This document shows, in pieces, positions 11,586 to 24,537 of a stretch of DNA of 64,000 nucleotides. The stretch is from Eledone cirrhosa (lineage: Eukaryota), in NCBI GenBank assembly GCA_964016885.1, contig OZ024740.1:311302001-311366000 (forward strand). The letters run 5' to 3'. Position numbers and translations under genes: made by a program. A model generated the notes under the pieces. The model saw only the letters and a list, made by a program, of their open reading frames with translations. It did no database searches and had not been told where the DNA came from. Within the stretch, counting starts at the first letter, position 1. Each line of letters starts with the position of its first letter.

Positions 11586-12976
11586 GTGTGGAGAAAAAGA
11601 ACGTGAGCAAGAGAGGGAGAGGATACTTGTTTGTTGAGGTTGTAGAAGGAAGTTCTTAGCACTACATACATCCCACTTCCATAAAAAATTTCCAAACCAA
11701 AAGTGAATAAACTTCCCAGTTACAAATATCAGAAAGAGAGTTAAAGCATTGGAATTATATGTTCGAAGTTCAATATGAAAATTTAGCTTCAGAATATATT
11801 CTGGCATCTATAAATCATCTTTCTACCTCATATGTTATAGGAAAATGAATAATAAGAATATTAAGATGTATGATTGATTTATTCGAGAATATATCTGTGT
11901 GAGTTTCTAACATCATGTTATCACTGGAAGTCAGAACAGATTAGAGAGTGTCGGTTATGATATTTACCAAGGGTAGGGTGATGCAGGCTGTAACTATTAA
12001 AAAATATACCGAATTATAGAAAGCACGATTGTATATTATAAGTGGTAGGTATAGTTCTATGTATGTGTTTATATACCTCAAGCAGTGAATCGTCTGAAAC
12101 CACATTCTGTATTCAGTGAGTTTTGCGATAATTAACGATACTGCAATATTTTTACGTATATTACCGGAGTAGGGGACCAGACTATCCACATCAGCGCTGG
12201 AAGTCATTAGCTGACAATATATAATTTCCTTGAATAGTAAAAAAAACATTTGCATGAGAAATGTGGCGTTTATGCTCTCTTCGAAGACATTAGAGACATG
12301 AAATGACTGGAAGTAGCTTAAAATATAAATCAAACATGCATTAGAGACTCTATTTTCTGGCAGTTTCTTGTTCCACTTTATTCGTTCTTGCTTTCATTCG
12401 ATATGATGTACAAGCATTTCTTGTCGACAGAGCCAGCAATGTAGCTTCTGTTTCTTCTGTTTTTCTAGTTGGAAATAGAAACCAAATCTCTCTCAAATCA
12501 TACCTTAATATTTTGAATAAAGAAAAACACATTGGACATAGTATATCATGATATATATCAAAATATAGGATTGTTACGGCTAGATCATCTTTGAACAAAG
12601 GTATTCTCCCTAAGAAATACCTGGGGCTAAACAACTACAAGAACAACATACCTGATGCACTCAGATTTTCTCTTGCCAACCTTTCTGGCTCACTTTCAAT
12701 GTAAATACTACATCTGATAACTGCGATCCTCTGAAACTCTCTTTCTGTGTACATGTTTTCCTATTTGGATAAATCTGTTTAACAAATTATATACAACATT
12801 ATCATGAGACACTGAAGTTCTCATTTGACATGCACAGATGTTGATTGCATTTAATTAGATGTTTATAAAAGTTTTGGCAAGGTTGATCACGAAATATCAC
12901 GCAAGAAAATATGTAATCCTGGCTATTCAAGACAATTGTCTTCTTTATAAAGTTTAGTATACCGAAGTATATACAG

Positions 12977-13110
<134 letters not shown>

Positions 13111-16100
13111 ATGTTCCAGTTAAACGTGAACTATATCTACAGCACTAGTCTGGGAGGATCTTGCTCTCTTCTTAGATTTAGTAATAAAAGAATGCCTAAT
13201 GCTTGTAACGAACTTTTTTATTTAAAACAAATACAAACTAATAACAATAGTGGGGGGGGGGGGGGCATAAATTCCAAAAGCAGCAACACCAACCCCTAAA
13301 AGTAATACTGTTCATTAAGTCGGTACACAGTTAAAAACTACAAGTGGTGGGGAAATTATCAATACACATTTATGACTTATATGCTAGTGCGAAAAGGTGT
13401 AAAGGTATGCATCAGTTAAGATATTAAACTAAATACTATTAAGTATCCAGTCTCTACACTACGTCAGCGTACTAACCTTCTTCTAGAATCGAATTTCTTT
13501 TATACACACAAGTATTCATATATATAAGAATATGCATAAATAATATTCGACTGAAATTCGCTGCTAATGTTTTCTAAAACAAAAGTATGATTATTACACA
13601 ATTATATTTCCTCTTTTTTTTTTTTCAAATCGAGATGTTTGTCTAGGCGTAAGAAATTTTGCAACTTTAAAAACATTGTAGAAATAGAATTAGCAATTAA
13701 GTTGTAGGAGTTATTTTTAAGAACATAATTTTCATGACTATGAAAAATGCTTATGGGTCGTCATTTCTCCCTTTTGTTTCCCAAATTTTCTCAAACTCTA
13801 ATTATATAATCTTCAACTTGTTTGGTTTATAAGTAAATTTTAACATGCGCCCATATTTCAGTGTTAACCACAGTAGCTGTTGGTTACACATATCCTCTCT
13901 TTTTCTTACATATTTTCGTTTTACTACTCTTCAATTAAAATCCATTAAGGTAAAGTATATAAATAGAATGTTGCTTTAAATACCAAAGTTTGTACTGAAA
14001 ATACATCATATTACAAAAGAAGGGGATATATTACCAGCTAAAATATTATTGTTAATTGGTAGAATTGTATTTTTTCTTTCAGATAGAATTCGTATTTCAT
14101 ATTCTAGAGAAAATGTCAGCTTAACTTATTGATTAGCAATAAAATACGAGTGAACATTTATATACGATCTTCTTAGAATGATAAGAAAATTTGTTTCCCC
14201 AGGGATTTCGTTTGAATAATGCTATTTAAGAATCATTCTGAAATTCCATAAAGCATCAGTAAAAATACGGAAGATTCAGAACATAAAATTGATCTCAATG
14301 TGAAGTAACATTTTCCATATGTATGTTTAAACTGATCAACATTATCAGACATAAACACTAACGATATGGTGAAAATATTCTATTTCAACAAGGTATTTAT
14401 CGCCGAATATTTATCGTTCTCTGGCAATGTTCCTAAGCGGTGGCAGATTCATAAAGGATTCACCCTATTCAATTGAGATAATTCAAGCAATGAATATATG
14501 AATAATGGAAATATTGAAGTACTGGAATATGATTCCATTTGATTGCACCAATAAGATGCACTTTGGAATGAAAATGCCAGAGCCACTCGAGGAACTATGT
14601 TGCAGCTTTCAGATTCTTGTAAGTCAGAAGATATTGAGTAGATTATCACTAGCTCTACAGCACCAGATCAATTACCTTATGATATTCAGTTCTGTAGCCT
14701 CAATAATCTGAAACTCGATCGTCCGGAGCAGTCATGTAAAATGGCTGATCCAGCTGAGAGACTATATTCCTTTTCCTGAGAATGTTTTTCTAACTTCTAG
14801 AAGTCAGTATACAAAAAACATTTACGTTCTCCAAAATTTCCCTTTTGAGAAAAGTATGTAGACACTGAATGTATAAGTAGAATTGTTAATTACTATATTA
14901 TTTTAAGCAATAAAGCTTTTGCTCATACATATATTCATGTCTTGTTCGTACATTAATTTTCTATTTTTCTGATAGCAAAATATGTGTGAGTGGAAGAAAT
15001 CAATATTTCATATATTTCTGGTGACCTTTATAAAGCAATAAATAATCAGGCAGGGCACAGCGGAGAATCAAGTTTCATCATAGTATCACCCTATTCCTGG
15101 ACATAGGACGCATGCAACAAAGAAAATAACATCAACATTTGGGGCAGTAGCAGAATAATAACATTAAAGTCTATTAACTCAACAATAGTCGAACCATTAC
15201 GAAAACGATTTGAAGCTTCCTTGATTCATATTGCGTCACCATTTTAGGGTTATTCAAAGCAAAATTACTTTATCTTTGAATGATCGACTGCTTCCAAGCA
15301 ACATAATAAAGAACATTAAAGTCGTCACACAATTGTAATGTATTTTTGTAATGTTGAACACAGATTCTCAGATAAATAAATCTTGCTATCGACAAATTCT
15401 GCAATACAAAAATCATACGACAAACTGGCATCGTATGGAAGGACATAGTCGTCTCAAACATTTAACACCATAAAAACTTAGATAAGTACTGGCCCAGGGG
15501 ACCATGTGATAAACAATACTAAATATAGGAAAATAAAAAATATAATTCAGTCGTAAATTGCGATAGTTTGTGTTCTCTACGAGCCAGGTAATATTATTTG
15601 ATCGTGATGGTATTGATAATGATAACAGTAATTTCTCACCACTATGCCAAGAATATCAATTTATATCTTTTTATTTTAGATATACCACAACGATAGAATT
15701 ATAGAGATAGCATTAACAAAAAATAGATAATTTTATCTACAGCTTTGCCATTCTAGCCGAGAACCATACTTATTTATAGTCAAATAAACAGAAAAGTGTA
15801 GGACAATGTATTATCCTTTTTTACTATAGACAGAAATCAAGATGCGCTACCGTAATTGCGTTCCTACCAAACATAAAGCGAACGGTTCAATATATATCAC
15901 AGTCCGACTATTTTGGGAGTTACCAAATTCATTTAATAATAATTTCTATTCCTACGTTAAGCATCAGTGATTCTTATTTTTCAAACTAATCTGAGACACA
16001 AAGACGCTTATCGAAGCAAAATCTTATCGCAAACAACAAATAAAAGATTGCTTTTATCATTACTAAACAGTAATTGTGCTTTTGGTCTGAGGCAAAATGT

Positions 16101-16524
16101 ATCTTCGTAAATTACATTTATCACTTTCCACCTCTCGATGATCCTTAAGGGTAAAAATATGTTTATATTCAGTAAACAAGAATTGTTAGATTGCACACTT
16201 TTTAACTGTGTAAGCCGCTAATGCAAGAATAAATCCAGTAGTTATGCTCCAAATAGCTTCAAAGGGAGTATTCAATGGATTACAAAGTGAAGCATAGTGG
16301 TTATTTTTGTAATCTAAATACGTAAGTTAATTTTCAAATAGCTTCGAAGTATAAAGTAAACTTCATTATTAACCTCTTTCTATTACATTACAAAAATATA
16401 TATAAGTATCAATATAGATACGGGTAGAAATATGAGTAAGTGAGAATGTGCATGTGTGTGCGCTCTTGTATTTAGGGTACGTATGCGCATGTAATTTAAA
16501 ATAAAGAACTTTACTAGGTATGGT

Positions 16525-16835
16525 CGAGGCGGCGGGCCCGTTTTTTATCGGGCGCAGCGAGGAGGGGGGGGTCCGGTTTTTTATTGGCAGGGCTGGGGTG
16601 CGTTTTTGTTATTGGGGGGCGGCGGGGAGTCCAAATTTCTATTGGGTGCTGCGAGAGGTCCGGTTTTTTTTTTAGGTGCATCTGGGAAAGCCGTTAGAAC
16701 GTCGGATAGAATACTTTATGGTATTCATTCCGGCTCTCTGCTCCCTGAGTTCAAATCTCGCCGAGGTCAACTTTACCTATCATCCTTTCTGGATAGATAA
16801 AAAAAAATTACCAGTCTAGTACTGGGATCGATTCA
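16525..16835 (+). mobile_element. SINE (first family) with a GC-rich degenerate repeat inserted in its head
   Basis: GAGTTCAAATCTCGCCGAGGTCAACTTT and core at 16745-16830. The head is split by ~145 bp of GGTCCGGTTTTTT-like units. Confidence 0.6.
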
Positions 16836-17275
16836 TCCTCTATATCTCCTTCTCACTTCCTCTCTCTCTCACTTTCTATCTTTCCCTGGAAGAAATCTGC
16901 TGTACTCAGGCCTGAGGAGGGATAGGCTCCGCCAGGCTTAAAATGCCTAAGAAACGCCGTATGTCAATACGGAGCCCCTACGACACTATCAAGAGTTACG
17001 AGACCATACATATATACATAGTAGAATACACTTTCCCAAGCTGCCGCGCAGCGGTACTGAACCCAAAATTCCTTAATCACAGCTATGTCCGCTCCAATAA
17101 ATTTGCAGTTCGTACCTATGCGAATTTAGTTACCCTTTTACAAGATTACAACTCATAGGAGGCTTCTTGGATGTTTTAATGATAAAAGCAACAAATTCTC
17201 AATAGTATAAATTTTTATCTTAAATTAAAATCTTGTTCAGACTTATTCTTGATATTAGAAGGATAAGTGACAATA

Positions 17276-17412
17276 AATATAATTGTTTCTACTTTTGGCA
17301 CAAGGCCAGCAATTACCCAGTACATTACTGGTACTTTATTTTATCGACCCCGTAAGGATGAAAGGCAAAGTTGACCTCGGCGGGATTTGAACTCAGAATG
17401 GAAAGGGCCGTA
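17276..17412 (-). mobile_element. 5'-truncated SINE (first family)
   Basis: Near-identical to the units at 1087-1618. Confidence 0.85.
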
Positions 17413-17629
17413 ATAATAGGGAAATCAACTTGCAAAGCTGGGGACAAAGCGCAAACACCTATTTTTCGCTGTGGAAGAAGCAAAATTTTAACTTCGGAAA
17501 ATTACCTATTGCTAAGGGCCACCGTAATATACATATATCCGTATGTGGTTGAAATGTGAAAACAAGGATAGTAAGGTGAGTATATATATAGAGAGAGAGA
17601 TATCATATATATATGTGTATATATGAGTG

Positions 17630-17668
17630 CGAGCTGAAGATCCGCATAAGGTGAAACAATTGTTCTCG
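17630..17668 (+). ncRNA. Minimal hammerhead motif heading a ~140-bp element (17620-17760) among TA/GA repeats
   Basis: CGAG-CTGAAGA-TCCGCATAAGGT-GAAA-CAATTG-TT^-CTCG. Stem II is weak. Confidence 0.7.
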
Positions 17669-17758
17669 GTATGGTGAACTAACTTGTCTTACTTCTGCCA
17701 AACTCATCCCATGGACTGAGTGCTCTACCACTACAGATATTACCTTCCAGTGTTCTAC

Positions 17759-17804
<46 letters not shown>

Positions 17805-17837
17805 TGTATATATATATACACATATATACATATATAT

Positions 17838-17891
<54 letters not shown>

Positions 17892-17944
17892 CATATATAT
17901 ATATACATATCACATATATATTTATGGTACATATATACATATAG

Positions 17945-18165
17945 GGGAGCAAGGATAAAAGGAGAGCAATGAGAAAAGGAGACCAACGAGAGCAATGAGA
18001 AAAGGAGAGCAAGGAGAACAAGGATAAAAGGAGAGCAATGAGAAAGGGAGAGCAAGGAGAACAGTGATAATAGGAGAGCGAGTAGGACAATTAGAAAAGG
18101 AGAGCAAGGAGAGCAATGAGAAAGGGAGAGCAAGGAGAGCAATGAGAAAAGGAGAGCAAAGAGAG
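17945..18165. repeat. Purine-rich minisatellite (~17-bp GGAGAGCAATGAGAAAA and 9-bp subunits)
   Basis: Directly visible. Confidence 0.9.
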
Positions 18166-18329
18166 GTTAAGGCTCAAATTAAGCAGACAAAGATGAAAAA
18201 GGGGAAGAAGAAAAAATCAACTGAAGAGGTACATTCTGCACCAAAATGACTTTTCTTTCTTTACAAACATCGAATTTTCGTCTTTTGTAACTCCTGGTAC
18301 AAAAACTTTCTTCGCGAGATTTTCTATCA

Positions 18330-20407
18330 GCACCGATTTCCTCGATGGTGTCTTCTGCTTTGGCTTCTCACAAGGAACTACAGCTGTATGATATGGGGTC
18401 ACAGAGAGACTCTGTGCATCAGTGATATTTAGGGGTGATACAATTGGTTCTCCAGGGGCATCAGCTTTCTGGTATACGGCAGTGATAGTGCCATGGGTGG
18501 TACCTTTACCATCTGGAGTGTCCTCAGTGAAATCCGCATTGTCTACTGCGAAGAAGACAAACGTGCCTTTCTTGAGGAATGGTGGCACATACAGCCCTTG
18601 GAACTGTTTGGTGTTCTCCACTACAGCATTGGCAACGGCTGTTTCCATCATTAGCGTACGGCTGTATGAAACACAGTAATCTTGGGCGTTGAGGAGATTA
18701 ACAAGCATCTTATTTCTTGTCTTTTGATGGATGGTCAGCGCCAATCCCACAACTTGGGGATTTTCTCTAACAAGCTGCGACCGAAAACCAGCATGCTCAG
18801 TTTTGGGCTTGTATGTGACTTGTCTATTAGACTTGAATCCAAACATCTGATTTTGACTCATTGTAAGGGCAGCTCTGTCCACAGCATGTGTTCGAACTTC
18901 AGTCTCCAGTTCATTTGCAGGCCCTGCCATGATCCAGCGAATAAGTGTATAGAATTCCACTGGCACATCTTCTATTTTGCTGGAAACTGGGATTGAACTT
19001 TGTGGCAGTTATCTTTTGGTAAAATGTTCAATGCTGTTGCGAACAAGCTGTGCTGACCTATAGAGATTCTTCATGTTGTCCGTGTCATCAGAAGTGATGG
19101 TAGAGTGAACCATTTTAATCTCACAGGCTTCAGGGTAATACAACACAGCTGACTTTCGCCTATTGCTTTGCAGAACAGACCTTACACCTGGTAATTCTGT
19201 TAATATTTTGTCTTTCAGCCATTGTCTGGTATAGACAGGTCTGTGATTTGGCAAAGCCTCTGCTCCACCTAACATGTTCAAATAGGTATTCTCGATGTCT
19301 GCCGTGGAAAGATATGCGCCATCTGTAGTTTGCACGTCGATAATGTTCACTAATTCAATGAAACTAGCTGTTTGCTGTTGATACCCACTCTCTTTGTTTG
19401 CTTTGTTTGCGATAGCTTTATCTCTCAGAACATGGAACACATTTCTTGTCCAACACTGTTTATGATATTTGATATCAACAGCGTGGGCATCCCCTTCGGA
19501 GATGCAAGATGCCATTCTTGTTTTTAGTTCTGGATTAGGAGAGATTTCCGCAGTTTTTTTTAGAGCTTGGCCCGCATTGGCAGTTCTTACTGCAAACAAC
19601 TGTTGGTCACCAAACGTTTGACAAAAAAAAGCACAAATCATTTTCCAGTGGGTTTGTTGCTGACTGTGTAAACGGCCCTAAGATTGCGGCAGAGGTTGAT
19701 GGCTCACTCCTGTCAAAGCTTGAAGGGCGTCCTCGCTTTCTGCGGATATGTGATCCAGTAGACAAAGACCGTTGGTGACGGTCTCTTGCACGTTGCATTT
19801 TGACTTTACTGGTGGCGTTCGAGTAGCACGTGCGATGCCAAAAAGCCTTATTTCTCTGCAAAGTTTCTGTTGTGCAGTCTTCTAGCCTCTTTTGAATTTT
19901 GACAAATTCACCATCATGAAGTAATGCTCGCTCCTTCACTGCAGCTAACAAACTATGATATGAATATAACTTTGGTTGTAACACAAACTGGCCTGAATCT
20001 TGTAGGCACAAAATACACCGTTTCCAGTCTCTTGTTGCTGTCTACCACGTCGTGGTAACGTTGCTGTGGCCACGTTGTTCATTGGTCTGAAAAATTATAA
20101 ACACTAATGAAGTAATTACATGGCATTTTATTATTATTATTATTTTTATCATTATTATTATTGTTATTATGTTAAATTAGCCACTAAAATTAGAAGCCCA
20201 GTTGGTTAGAATTGGAGATACTGTTGAAAAAGGTTATCGGTAGTCACCATTTTGAAATTCCAAGATGGCCACCACAGACACCTTGAAAAAAATGGCAACA
20301 TTGGTTTTTGGATTCAGTATGTCCTAAAGTTTTCGAAAATGTATAGTTTTGCTAATCTCCAAGAAATCTGAACGAAAGTACCACTCGTTACATTATGAAC
20401 TTGACTA
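18330..20407 (-). mobile_element. Academ-like DNA transposon, 5' part with disrupted transposase
   Basis: ORFs 19607-20011, 19009-19641 and 18217-18966 carry DWKRCILC, WHRTCY, LCFFC, DAHAVDIKYHKQC and FAVDNADFTEDTPDGKGTTHGT. The terminus reads TAGTCAAG.. on the minus strand, with subterminal CAAGATGGC. Superfamily assigned from memory of these motifs. Confidence 0.65.
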
Positions 20408-20707
20408 TATGTCTCTTACCACTGTCTAACAATAGAATTTTCTATGGAAGCCTTTAATTAATATTTCTATGTTCAGTTGCTCTTTTTCTCCCGCTTTTTC
20501 TACTTATCATCTTCACCTACTTTTAATTTGAACTCTACCTTTTACTTTTCGTTGCTTCATATTTCCCTCCTCACGGCAATTGAACGTATCGAACTTTCTT
20601 ATATACAATCTAATCACAGTGAAAATGTTTTTGACTCCATCGACCCATATAGCTCGAAATCGCTATTAAACTCAAAAACCCTCTCTCTTTCTCTCTCTTA
20701 TTCTTAT

Positions 20708-20781
<74 letters not shown>

Positions 20782-21541
20782 CTCTCTCTCCGTCTCTCTC
20801 TATCTATATATCTCTATCTCTATTTCTCTCTCACTTTTTATTTCTCTTTACTTGTCTCTATCTCTTTCTCCTTCACTCTCCTCTATTCACATATCCTTCT
20901 CTACCTGTCTATCTTCCATTCCCTTTCTCTTTATTCCCCAATCTCGAGGGTGACTTTACACTGAAGTTCTTTTAGAGAACAGTTATATATATATATACGT
21001 GTATAAAGAATTAATTAACGCTTTTGTTCTGCGATATGCTGCACAGTGATGAATTAATAATTAATCATTATTCAACAGACAGCTTTTTACATTATTTTCT
21101 TTTATAGTCCAGTTAGATGCAACTTCTGAATATTTTCGGTGATGCACAAAATATGAGTTTTTTCAAGAATTGGGATTAAAATTAACTTGTTTGAATTCCA
21201 TAAACCTTTTTTTTTTTGTTGGTTCCATAAGTAGCATCTGCTACATGCCAAATTATAATGAACACACTTTCTAACTTTTGTTCACATTCTTATACTTATA
21301 TAAGTGTTTTCCTCTCGAATACTATTTTCCAGGAAACTATGATCTTGTTCATACTGATAAGACATTACTTTCTCCTGCTGCTTCTTTGTTCTTTTGTTTG
21401 ATCTACACAAAAGAATACCATTACTTCTTGACATTTCCAAAGACAAATGCTAGACAGAGAAAGTGAGTAAAAGAGAGAATGACAGCAATTTTGGCAGTGA
21501 GAATTATTTCAGAAGCTGTAGCTCCCTGCTGGATAAATGTC

Positions 21542-21585
<44 letters not shown>

Positions 21586-21675
21586 GTGTATGTGTGTGTC
21601 TGTCTGTCTGTATGTATGTATGCCTATAAGTATGTGTGTGTATGTATATACATATAATTGTGTGCGTGTGTTTGT

Positions 21676-21733
<58 letters not shown>

Positions 21734-21735
<2 letters not shown>

Positions 21736-21912
21736 GGAACCAGTAAGACCCCGACAGCTGAGCTCAGGCCGTTTCGACGGCTAATTAGCCGTCGAAACGG
21801 CTTGAGCTCAGCTGTCGGGGTCTTACTGGTTCCTATTACCCACTCTACTACCTCAAGTATTGAGTACTTTGGTGCGTTATGGTCCACCTGGTTCCTTACC
21901 ACTTTTCCTTCG

Positions 21913-21914
<2 letters not shown>
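21734..21914 (+). mobile_element. 102-bp spacerless palindrome plus 79-nt tail; half-HHR fold-back element in (TA)n
   Basis: Arms 21734-21784 and 21785-21835 differ by one base. Right arm reads GAAA-CGGC-TTGAGCTCA-GCTG-TC^. Confidence 0.8.
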
Positions 21915-21997
<83 letters not shown>

Positions 21998-22328
21998 GAT
22001 ATTCTTCGTCTTTACATTACTTTGCTTTCTCAGTTAAATTATATAGGTGTATATACACACCGATATACATTTAACAGATGAGAGCTAGCATGAGCAAGTT
22101 ATACAGATAACTGCTGCTGCTGTTGTATCAGACTAACTCTGATCAAGCCGACATATCATCTACGTCATACTAGCCATGACTATTCGATATTTCTAAGAGC
22201 ATGTAGGACAATGCAAACAAATGTGTTCGACATTTTAGAATGAGGAAGGTGGATTTGAGGGTAAGTTAGCTGTTATCTTTAGCAGGTAGGAGGACTGAGC
22301 AGCGGGTCCATCATTGATAGATAGATAT

Positions 22329-24261
22329 GTTTCTTTATTAGCCACAGGGGCACAAAAGAAGGGGACAAATGCAAAAGGGGAAGTTTACATACAATAAAAA
22401 CGTGTAAAATACTATCACAAATGCTATTTAAAAATTAATCGATTTTCCCCAATCGATTTTCCCCAATGGAGACATTTCATATGGGTAACACATACCCCCG
22501 AAAAATGTGCAACCCTCATCTCCAGGAGTACGAAGAGTTTGTACCCTTTTCCTCTCTTCCTCTTTTTCCTCAACTTACAGGCTGATATAGCGAGAAGGCC
22601 CATTCACTCGGGCCATTCTCACCACTTTCACCCACCTTTCATGAAACTTGCTGGGGTACAGCACCTCTCTCTCCAATCCTGATTCTTCTTCCAAAGTGGT
22701 ATTTGAAAAAAAGAATCAGTTGTTGTCCGGAGAGAAAGGTGTCTGATCTCAGTCCTTTTAACCTCGTCCACCATACAACCTCTTTCGCCATAGCTATCAC
22801 ACAAAGGAAAACCGTCTCTCCTTCGTTTTTGAAGGAGGGTGGGGGTTTGATCATGACAATGGACTCGGTGGTCAACCGGATTGGTCCCACCCGCGACAAT
22901 AGTCGTTCTACATAGCCCCACAAGTCGGTAATGCTCGGGCAGTGTATGAATGCGTGCTCGACGGTTTCTTCGTCTCGCACGCGTCTCGGACAGATCTTTT
23001 TCGAAGGGTCCCTGCCCGGGCGCCCATGTCTGTAGAGTTTTCTCGAACTGGTAGAGCTCCTCGGTAGCACTGCCAGGCCAGGGACTTTTGGAAGTTGTCC
23101 ATCGGCCCCGGGCGGAAGGTCCTACCGAACAGACTGGCCAGTTCGTCTTCCTCTACGCCTAGAGTTTCTCCGAGCGCGTCCTCGCACTTGCTGCGGATCA
23201 ACCCTCTATAGAATGACGAAGTGGAGTCTCCACTGATCGCCGGGCCCGCCTGCCAGAGGGCTGTGAGTGCCTGAGCACATTCGATGTGCCAGTCGCCCAT
23301 TTTCCTCGGTCTTTGCTTGACCCAGGACTGTAAGCTCGGTCAGCGAGACGAGTCGTGGGAAGGCTCGCCTCACGAACGGGGCCCACACCGGTTGTCCGGT
23401 GAGGAATACGTAGAGATGCTGCAGCCTGAGCGCGTGTTTGCGCATCGTCAGCCACAGCATCCCCAGCTCTCTGTTGGAAGGGTGTTGGCAGCAGATGGAT
23501 CTTCTCACCAAAGGAGGCCGCTTCTTCCAAAGGAATTGGAAGAGCGCGCGCTCCATTTTGGTGAGCGTTTTGGCTGGACAAGGCACGACGGTCAAGCGGT
23601 AGTAGATGACAGACGCTATAAAAGTGTTCGCCACCTCCGCTCGACCTTTCAAGGATAGTTTGCACTCGGCCCACTTCTGAGTGAGTGCAAACACCTTGGC
23701 CGTCACCTCGTTCCAGTTCTTCTCCACCTGGAGGTCCGGACCAAACCAGAACCCGAGCAGCTTTACCGGTCCTTCCGTCCAGTGTCCCACGACGCCATCG
23801 GAATGCATCGGTTTGCCTCTCCACGATCCGAGTTGCAAACCGATGGACTTGTCTCGGTTCAGCTTCGCTCCTGTGAACCTTTCGTATTCCTTCAGTAAGG
23901 TGCCGACTTCCTCCATTTGCGAGGTGCTCGACACCATTACTGTTACGTCGTCGGCGTAGGCCGACGCCGCTTTCTGCAGTCCCGGTTCCAGAGGGATGCC
24001 CTGCAATAGCTCCAACTTCCGCAGTAGTGGCTCGAGAGTCAGTACGTACAGAAGGGAGGAGAGAGGGCATCCCTGTCGAATGGATCGCGTGATATGGAAC
24101 GGCTCCGAGAGGTAGCCGTCCACCTTGACCCTTGCGCAGATGTTGCTGCTGTGCATTGCAGCAATCCAGACCTTGAACACGGGTCCGAAGTCTGCCGCCT
24201 CGAGCACCGCATCCATATAACGATGGTCAACCCTATCGAAAGCCTTAGACTGATCCAAGTC
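22329..24261 (-). mobile_element. Tx1-clade non-LTR retrotransposon, 5'-truncated copy A, in (GATA)n
   Basis: LDQSKAFDRVDH, IRQGCPLS, AYADDVT, C-terminal CPR..HAFIHC. The 3' AATAAA abuts (TATC)n. Confidence 0.92.
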
Positions 24262-24311
<50 letters not shown>

Positions 24312-24537
24312 GTTTCTATTTATTTGCCACGAGGGCACAAAAGAAGGGGACAAATACAAGGGGGGGGGGGGGGGTACATAAAGGAACGAGTAAAAAAAAA
24401 AGCAAATAACAAATATAAAATTAACAATACAGTCCTCAATAGGGATGAGGCGTTTTGGGGGTTACACACACCCCCGACAAAGTGTGCAACCCTTTTCCTT
24501 AGAAGCACAGAGAGGGGGTGCTCCTTTGCACTTCCAC

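Noticed and set aside
16535-16680. GC-rich patch as a promoter or CpG island
   Set aside because: It is a degenerate ~30-bp tandem repeat inside a SINE head, with no associated gene.
16905-16980. Additional hammerhead (CTGAGGA..GAAA..CCGTAT/ATACGG)
   Set aside because: The NUH site and stem I cannot be completed. At best a decayed copy.
23198-24070. 290-aa overlapping ORF and other antisense ORFs within the Tx1 and GC-rich PLE copies
   Set aside because: They are alternative-frame by-products of GC-rich coding sequence and are not maintained in sibling copies.
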